Shown here in pieces: positions 58,794 through 64,000 of a stretch of DNA of 64,000 nt. The stretch is from an uncultured Eubacteriales bacterium (GTDB lineage Bacteria > Bacillota > Clostridia > Oscillospirales > QAMX01). A program made the translations under genes and the position numbers. Within the stretch, counting starts at the first letter, position 1. The number at the start of each line of letters is the position of its first letter. Below the pieces are notes generated by a model that saw nothing but the letters and a program-made list of their open reading frames with translations, ran no database searches and was not told the DNA's origin. The stretch lies in contig CAUGMN010000002.1 in assembly GCA_959600635.1 (NCBI GenBank), forward strand, positions 3,030-67,029, written 5' to 3'.

Positions 58794-59153
58794 GGCACAC
58801 CTCCGTTAAACCGCTCAAAAGATCTCCACAGCGCGCCGATCCCTGTAAAAAGTTGCTTTTTCATGGGGCTGCTGAAATGATCGGACAAATCCTCTGTATT
58901 TTTTCGTTTATTTTCGCTTACAGTATAATCTGTAAGCGAAAATATGTCAAGCGATTTTAAAAAATAAAAAACAGACGAGTATAACTGTCGAAAATATCGA
59001 TTTACTGCGTAAAAAAACGAGAATAGATCGAATGATCACCTGATTATCAGGCAAAAATCGCTCAAAATCAACAATCAATATAAAATATCAAAATCAACAA
59101 GTTGTTTTTGAGGAAACTCGAAACGGTTAAAATCGGTAAAACAGATGAACAGA

Positions 59154-59196
59154 AACCGCGCGGCCTTCCTTTGCCGGGGAAGGCCGCGCGGTTTTT
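59154..59196. terminator. Strong hairpin terminator downstream of the CNNM-family gene
   Basis: aaccgcgcggccttcc-tttgccgg-ggaaggccgcgcggtt (16-bp perfect stem). There is a T-run on the plus side and only tttct on the minus side. Confidence 0.6.
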
Positions 59197-59239
59197 ACGG
59201 TTTATTTGAGACGTTTTTTAGAGGGGGATACGGAGGCGC

Positions 59240-60640
59240 TCAGCTGCGGCTGGTTTCGTCGCCTTTCCGGCGCTCGCTTTTTTCCGCTTTGCCTTTGCTT
59301 TCCGCCTTTTCTTTTTTCTCCGTCTTTTCCGGTTTGTCGCCGTCTTCCTCGTCCTCGGGCTCGGCAGGCGGCAGCTTGGAGACGAGCGCCCATTCGACGC
59401 GGTGGTTGAGAATCTGCTCGACCTGAATGCGCAGCGTATTGGTTACCACCTCGGGAGTGTTGCCATCCTCGGGGATTTGCGTGAGCTGGCTGAAAATCAG
59501 ACCGCCGAGCGTCGTATAGCCGGCATCCGGGTCGTCTTCAAAGGAGAGCCCGATGACTTCGCCGAGGTCTTCGAGGTCGCAGTTGCCGGAGACGCGCCAG
59601 AGGTTTTCGCCGAGCGGCGTGATGTCGGAGATCTCGGCCTCGTCGGTTTCGTCATAGATGTTGCCGACGATCTCTTCTAAGAGGTCTTCAAGCGTGACAA
59701 GTCCTGCCGTTCCGCCGTATTCGTCAACGACGATGGAGAGATGGATTTTCTTTTGCTGCATATCGCGGAACAGCGCGTCAGCGTGGACGGTTTCGGGTAC
59801 GAAGTGAACGGGGGACAAAAGCTCGCGGATGGCTTTGGGCGAGCCGTTATAGGCGTTCAGAAGATATTCGCGGGTGAGCAAAATCCCGAGCACGTCGTCG
59901 GTATCTTCGCCGCAGACAGGAAAGCGGGAAAAACCGCTTTCGACGATGGTTTTATAGATCGCTTCGGGCGTATCGTTTTCCCAGATGACGGTCATATCCT
60001 TGCGGTGTACCATCAGGTCGCCGGCGGTGATGTTGTTGAACTCGAAGATGTTGTCGATCATTTCGCGTTCTTCGGATTCGATCGTCCCTTTTTCCTCGCC
60101 GATGTCGATCATCATACGGATCTCGTCCTCGGAGACGGCTTCTTCCTCCTCGTGCGGGTTAATGCCGAACAGGCGGAGCACGCCGTTTGTAGAGACGGAA
60201 AGAAACCAGACAATCGGTTTCAGCAGCTTGGAGAGAAAGGTGATGACGCCGGAAACGGCGCGCGCAAGCTGTTCAGGCTTGCGCATCGCCAGCCGCTTCG
60301 GCACCAGCTCGCCGAGAATCAGCGTAAAATAGGAAAGGATCAGGGTGATCACGATGACCGACAGGGTGTCGAGCGTGGCGCGGCTGACAGCGGTCACGCC
60401 GCAGCCGTCGACAAGCCATGAGACGAGCCGGTCAGAAAAGTTATCGGCCGCGAAAGCGGAGCCCAGAAAACCGGCGAGCGTGATGCCGACCTGAATCGTT
60501 GAGAGAAAGCCGGTCGGTTCGCTGACCATTTTCAGCATTTTTCCGGCTTTTTTGTCGCCGCTTTCGACTTGACGGCGAATTTTTCCTTCGTTCAGGGAGA
60601 TAACGGCGATTTCAGTCGCCGCAAAGAACGCGTTAATCAA
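59240..60640 (-). CDS. CNNM/HlyC-CorC family protein (DUF21 + CBS pair + CorC_HlyC), N-terminus interrupted by an in-frame TAG
   Basis: The DUF21 TM region is followed by a CBS pair, a CorC/HlyC C-terminal domain and a Lys/Glu-rich tail. The listed ORF starts at TTG 60640, but the SD-supported ATG is at 60685, with a TAG at 60656-60658 in the same frame. Confidence 0.8.
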   Translation of the reverse strand: MINAFFAATEIAVISLNEGKIRRQVESGDKKAGKMLKMVSEPTGFLSTIQVGITLAGFLGSAFAADNFSDRLVSWLVDGCGVTAVSRATLDTLSVIVITLILSYFTLILGELVPKRLAMRKPEQLARAVSGVITFLSKLLKPIVWFLSVSTNGVLRLFGINPHEEEEAVSEDEIRMMIDIGEEKGTIESEEREMIDNIFEFNNITAGDLMVHRKDMTVIWENDTPEAIYKTIVESGFSRFPVCGEDTDDVLGILLTREYLLNAYNGSPKAIRELLSPVHFVPETVHADALFRDMQQKKIHLSIVVDEYGGTAGLVTLEDLLEEIVGNIYDETDEAEISDITPLGENLWRVSGNCDLEDLGEVIGLSFEDDPDAGYTTLGGLIFSQLTQIPEDGNTPEVVTNTLRIQVEQILNHRVEWALVSKLPPAEPEDEEDGDKPEKTEKKEKAESKGKAEKSERRKGDETSRS

Positions 60641-60738
60641 AATCAGAATGACCTGCTATATCAGGCCGCGTGCGATAGAGGACATGATGATTCTCCTATG
60701 ATAAAATTCAGAACAATATCAGATGTGGACAGCGTGTA

Positions 60739-60788
60739 CAAAAAAACACAAAAAGGCAAGGCTATGTCATCAAATTACATGACAAGCC
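60739..60788 (-). terminator. Rho-independent terminator (minus strand) downstream of the GNAT gene
   Basis: The minus strand reads ggcttgtcatg-taatttg-atgacatagcc (one bulge), followed by ttgcctttttgtgttttttt. Confidence 0.5.
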
Positions 60789-60972
60789 GTGCCTGCATAA
60801 TATAAAATCTCTTCAATTGCATTCGCAAAACAACGGACAAACGTGCTGCTGTCAACCGGCGCAGTTTCTGCCAGAACCGCCGGATCGTCCGTATGTGGTC
60901 GTCAGGGTCACAGGACGATAAAGGAGGTTTATCCAAAACGATCCCTCTTTCATGAAATGAATTTGACAATTA

Positions 60973-61629
60973 TTATAGCATACAATCAGGTGAAATGCAA
61001 TAGGTTTCCGCTCTTTTTTCGTGAACGCCGGAACACGACGAAAGTCCGGCGGCAGAGAAAGCTTCAAAGCAGGGCATAATTGGGGTATTCACCACAAATT
61101 CCATACACCGATCATCTTCTGAATCTACAAAGGATTCTACTACTTCATTGGCATCTGTACACCCAATCTTTAGATAAAATGCAATGGTCTCTATTGATGA
61201 TATCGCAGAAATAAATATTTTTTCTGCCCCAAGTTTTACTGCATGCTTATGGGCTTCTTTGAAAAGCAGTTTTTCAATTCCTCTCCGTTTCCAATTATCA
61301 TCAACAAAAAGCATCGTCAAATTGGCATACTTTGCCGAATTACCAGATACTATACCATCCATGCAACAAAATCCAATCAACTTCCCACAAAAAAAAGCTC
61401 CAACGGTAAGACCGCCACGTTCTATTTGCTGACACATGTATTTTGTAATCCAAATTCTCTTTTCGGTACTCCATTCACGTAGTATAGAAGCATCCGAAAT
61501 CTCCCATTCCCCGTTCTTCTTCACATATTTTTTCGTTATCTTTTGGAAATGAGAAAAATCATCAAGAAGTCCTGGATTAATGTCTTCAACCTTCAATGGT
61601 TTAATATCAAATTTCCTTAGTTGATCCAT
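60973..61629 (-). CDS. GNAT family N-acetyltransferase
   Basis: The acetyl-CoA binding segment is VDDNWKRRGIEKLLFKEAHKHAVKLGA. The gene is AT-rich. The last ~35 codons run into GC-richer sequence and may be read-through. Confidence 0.7.
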   Translation of the reverse strand: MDQLRKFDIKPLKVEDINPGLLDDFSHFQKITKKYVKKNGEWEISDASILREWSTEKRIWITKYMCQQIERGGLTVGAFFCGKLIGFCCMDGIVSGNSAKYANLTMLFVDDNWKRRGIEKLLFKEAHKHAVKLGAEKIFISAISSIETIAFYLKIGCTDANEVVESFVDSEDDRCMEFVVNTPIMPCFEAFSAAGLSSCSGVHEKRAETYCISPDCML

Positions 61630-61681
61630 CTCTTTTCCCTCTTATCTTCAACTATCTCTTATCAAAAAATACAGTTCTACT

Positions 61682-61997
61682 CTAAATCATGCCAAAGTGT
61701 TCCAATACCTCCTTAATTGCCTCTTCTTTCTCAATCGGACACTGAGGCTGTTTTGCATCCTCGGACTTCGGTTTGCTGTAATTCTCTCGCTCAATGATAC
61801 CGCAATTCTGCAATTCTGCTTCACCTGAGCGATATACAAGCTGCTGACCTTGAGTCCGGTATGTTCCGGCACATACTCCTTGATTTCACCATAGGTTGCT
61901 TTCTTCTCCGCATCGGTGAGATCAAGCTCGTCCAGGTGGATATTTACCTCGATATGTTGCTTTGTATTCAGTGAGACAAAAGAACAACCGTCTCGAC
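61682..61997 (-). pseudogene. Detached, frameshifted 3' fragment of a RumA/RlmD-type 23S rRNA (uracil-C5) methyltransferase gene
   Basis: The minus strand reads ..TQVETVVLLSH, then (one nt missing) LNTKQHIEVNIHLDELDLTDAEKKATYGEIKEYVPEHTGLKVSSLYIAQVKQNC. After removing one copy of an 8-bp duplication it continues GIIERENYSKPKSEDAKQPQCPIEKEEAIKEVLEHFGMI*. This matches my recollection of the C-terminal end and tail of clostridial RumA-like enzymes. Confidence 0.5.
61803..61818. repeat. 8-bp perfect tandem duplication (caattctg x2) causing a frameshift
   Basis: Read directly: cgCAATTCTGCAATTCTGct. Confidence 0.9.
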
Positions 61998-63641
61998 TTG
62001 CGTATCATTGTCCAAACTCATTTCCATATCTTCCTCAATGATCGGAAGCTTGAATTTGATAGATTTGAGCCACTGACCGTTTGGCTGACGTTCCTCGTAA
62101 ATATGGACTTCGGAGATCAGAGATTCCATCAACTGGCGTCTTTCCTGTTCGTCCATTACGGCGTACAGCTTATCAAAGTAAATCAGTACCTTGTAGATAT
62201 TATCGGCAGTCAGCTTTTCCGCTTCGATTGCCGTTTTCTTTGCTCTTGCTTCAATCAGCAGAGTTTCCGTATCCTCGATTTTATCATACATCTTATAAAG
62301 GCGATCATCAAGATCTGCCTTGCGTTTGATGTAGTGCTTGTCATCGGGGTCAAGGGTATCAATTTCCTCAATCAGCTTCGTCTTTATGGAATAACTCTGT
62401 CGGAGTTGCTTTTCGTAATTCGCTATCTCCTGCTCAATGGCGGTGGTATCCACCTTCATGCTGATTTTCTGCTGCATGAGAGAAGCAAACTTTGGATTGC
62501 TGACCAGCTTTGTGATAACCTCCGCAACAGCAGCGTCCAGTAATTCCTCATTGATTTGTTTTTTATAATCGCATTTATGGCCGCGGGTCATGGTACGGTG
62601 CTTACAGCCGTAATAGAAGAAATCCTTGTATTTACTGCCGTCAGCCTTATGCTTAACACTCTTATTGCCATACATTCCTGCTCCGCAGATGGGACATTTG
62701 AGCAAACCCGTCAGCAGATGGACTTTGTTATCCTTGCCGTGGTTGACCTTCTCATACCTCTTTGCCTGCGCCAGCAGTTTCACCTGTGCGTCATTCCAAA
62801 GTTCTTCGGAAACAATCGCTTCATGTTGGCCATCGACCAGCAGATAGTTGTCCTGCTCCACAAGGCGATAGTCGTTTCTTGTGCCATGCACCTTTTCCGT
62901 TCTGCGTCTGCCATAGGCGATTTTACCGCAATAAACGGGGTTTTTCAGTATCCTGCGGATAAGCGCCGCATCAAACAGGGGATTCTTGCCGTTTTGTCTC
63001 TGGATTTTCCCGATGCCGTGATTGGCAAGGTATCTGGCTACGCCATTAGCACCCATGTCGGTATGCACATACTGGTCAAAGATAATACGGATTGCTTCGG
63101 CTTCTTCCTTATTGACAAACAGTTTGCCTTTTTCAAGGGTGTAGCCATAAGGGGCAAAGCCGCCGTTCCATTTGCCCTCACGGGCTTTCTGGATTCTGCC
63201 CTCCATCGTCTGCACCCGGATATTTTCACGCTCAATCTCGGCAACCGCAGACAAAACGGAGATCATCAGTTTACCGGCATCCTTGGAAGAATCAATACCG
63301 TCCTCAACACAGATCAGATTGACGCCGAAATCCTGCATCACCTGTAGTGTGGAGAGTACATCTGCCGCATTTCTGCCGAAGCGGGACAGCTTGAACACCA
63401 GCACATAGGATACACCGTCCTTGCCGGACTTGATATCCTCCATCATACGGTTAAACTCTAATCTTCCCTCGATGGACTTACCGGATTTACCGGCATCCTC
63501 GTATTCTCCGACAATCTGGAAGTCGTTGAACTCGGCATAGGCTTTCATTCTGGATTTCTGAGCATCCAGAGAGTATCCATCGATCTGCATCGTGGTAGAT
63601 ACTCTCGTATAAATATATACTTTTGTTTTTCCTTTTATCAT
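61968..63641 (-). CDS. Large serine recombinase (resolvase catalytic domain + recombinase domain + zinc ribbon + coiled coil)
   Basis: VYIYTRVSTTMQ holds the catalytic Ser region and CPICG...GCKH...C forms a zinc ribbon; 557 aa. The last ~10 codons look like target-gene (rumA) sequence. Confidence 0.9.
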   Translation of the reverse strand: MIKGKTKVYIYTRVSTTMQIDGYSLDAQKSRMKAYAEFNDFQIVGEYEDAGKSGKSIEGRLEFNRMMEDIKSGKDGVSYVLVFKLSRFGRNAADVLSTLQVMQDFGVNLICVEDGIDSSKDAGKLMISVLSAVAEIERENIRVQTMEGRIQKAREGKWNGGFAPYGYTLEKGKLFVNKEEAEAIRIIFDQYVHTDMGANGVARYLANHGIGKIQRQNGKNPLFDAALIRRILKNPVYCGKIAYGRRRTEKVHGTRNDYRLVEQDNYLLVDGQHEAIVSEELWNDAQVKLLAQAKRYEKVNHGKDNKVHLLTGLLKCPICGAGMYGNKSVKHKADGSKYKDFFYYGCKHRTMTRGHKCDYKKQINEELLDAAVAEVITKLVSNPKFASLMQQKISMKVDTTAIEQEIANYEKQLRQSYSIKTKLIEEIDTLDPDDKHYIKRKADLDDRLYKMYDKIEDTETLLIEARAKKTAIEAEKLTADNIYKVLIYFDKLYAVMDEQERRQLMESLISEVHIYEERQPNGQWLKSIKFKLPIIEEDMEMSLDNDTQVETVVLLSH

Positions 63642-64000
63642 GTCGTTATCCTCATTCGTGCCACGGGCTGTGGTACCATTATGTAATCCCTACTCCAAAA
63701 TCACTCTCAGAGTAGGTTTGGACACTCATCGCACGTATATTATATCATGCAATAGCATCCTTTTCAATAGAATCAGCAAAAGGTTTGGAATTGTTTACAG
63801 CTTTCTTTTCGCCTTTGTCCAAACAAATCGGCGGTTCTGGAAGATGATCAATGTCCAGAACCGCCGCATATTTCTCTATTAAATTTTCAAGCAAATCGGC
63901 AAAGCCGCTCCATTCATCCTTTTTGCAAATATTATCTATAATGGTGTACCTCCTGTTTTTTATCGCTGTTGTGTGTGCAAGCCTTGATGATCTCCGGCGG
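61970..64000. mobile_element. Left end of an integrated serine-recombinase element (ICE, transposon or prophage-like), continuing beyond the window
   Basis: The recombinase gene sits at the element terminus and reads outward into a rumA 3' fragment. The region is AT-rich. The right end is not in the window. Confidence 0.55.
63745..63942 (-). CDS. Possible 65-aa ORF with a non-canonical (ATT/ATA) start, or the tail of a longer ORF entering from outside the window
   Basis: AGGAGG lies 7 nt upstream of ATT at 63942. My translation is IIDNICKKDEWSGFADLLENLIEKYAAVLDIDHLPEPPICLDKGEKKAVNNSKPFADSIEKDAIA*. The frame stays open to the window edge, and no ATG, GTG or TTG is available. Confidence 0.3.
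   Translation of the reverse strand: MIDNICKKDEWSGFADLLENLIEKYAAVLDIDHLPEPPICLDKGEKKAVNNSKPFADSIEKDAIA

Noticed and set aside
60656-60658. In-frame TAG as pyrrolysine or a reassigned sense codon
   Set aside because: No pyl genes or methylamine methyltransferases are in the window. No other well-supported gene here needs an internal TAG. A nonsense mutation or a sequencing error is more parsimonious.
60790-61080. A host gene or ncRNA interrupted at the left border of the AT-rich block; promoter-like TTGACA...TACAAT at 60962-60985
   Set aside because: The listed ORFs (60775-60969 minus, 60843-61079 plus) have no convincing composition or RBS. The hexamer spacing is only 12 nt. I can place the compositional border only approximately and cannot define an att site.
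61968-63641. Recombinase as a SpoIVCA-like enzyme of a sporulation-excised (skin-like) intervening element, given the spore-former context
   Set aside because: The flanking sequence at the junction looks like a rumA-type methyltransferase 3' end, not a split sporulation gene. The other junction is not available to test this.
1-64000. Search for rRNA, tRNA, tmRNA, CRISPR arrays, transposase-flanked IS elements, and known defence-system signatures
   Set aside because: I recognised no regularly spaced repeat array, no tRNA-like T-arm consensus, and no rRNA. This was a by-eye scan only, so tRNAscan, Infernal or CRISPR finders could still reveal small elements I missed.

Overview
This is a high-GC chromosomal segment. 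By gene content it comes from a spore-forming, saccharolytic anaerobic Firmicute (Clostridia, Oscillospiraceae-like): spoIIP, gpr, a gerA/C/B receptor, PPi-PFK, and many cytoplasmic glycoside hydrolases. I support about 55 CDS. They include an ECF sigma/anti-sigma pair, GH32, GH92 and GH42 enzymes, a CE15-like esterase, a sulfatase, pgi, pfp, a nagB-like deaminase, secA, murD, cca, trxA, homocysteine methyltransferase/MTHFR, ABC and MFS/MATE transporters, and a CNNM/hemolysin-family protein. I recognised no rRNA, tRNA or CRISPR array.

Two stretches are visibly AT-richer than the backbone (judged by eye, including codon third positions).
- About 23.33-30.76 kb is a mobility-gene-free island. 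It carries a two-component system, a small membrane protein, a TetR regulator, and a VTC-domain / DUF4956 / CotH-kinase / lipoprotein operon.
- About 60.95 kb to the window end holds a GNAT gene, a decayed 3' fragment of a RumA/RlmD-type methyltransferase gene, and a large serine recombinase that reads into that fragment. I read this as the attachment junction of an integrated element that continues past the window.

The most unusual locus is at 34.07-35.59 kb. A separately promoted 79-aa membrane-anchored peptide has a tail made almost only of Asp/Glu and 12 Cys. Stem-loops follow it, then a radical SAM enzyme with no recognisable SPASM cluster, next to a Cys-type sulfatase. I flag this as a candidate undescribed peptide-modification or metal-handling module.

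Smaller oddities are listed in the findings:
- An in-frame TAG nine codons into the CNNM gene.
- An 8-bp tandem duplication and a 1-nt frameshift in the rumA remnant.
- A terminator-like leader in front of a stand-alone murD.
- A 335-bp non-coding spacer inside an ABC ATPase/permease pair.
- Several short tandem or palindromic repeats.

Functional calls come from motif recognition by eye and memory of protein families. No database search was run.
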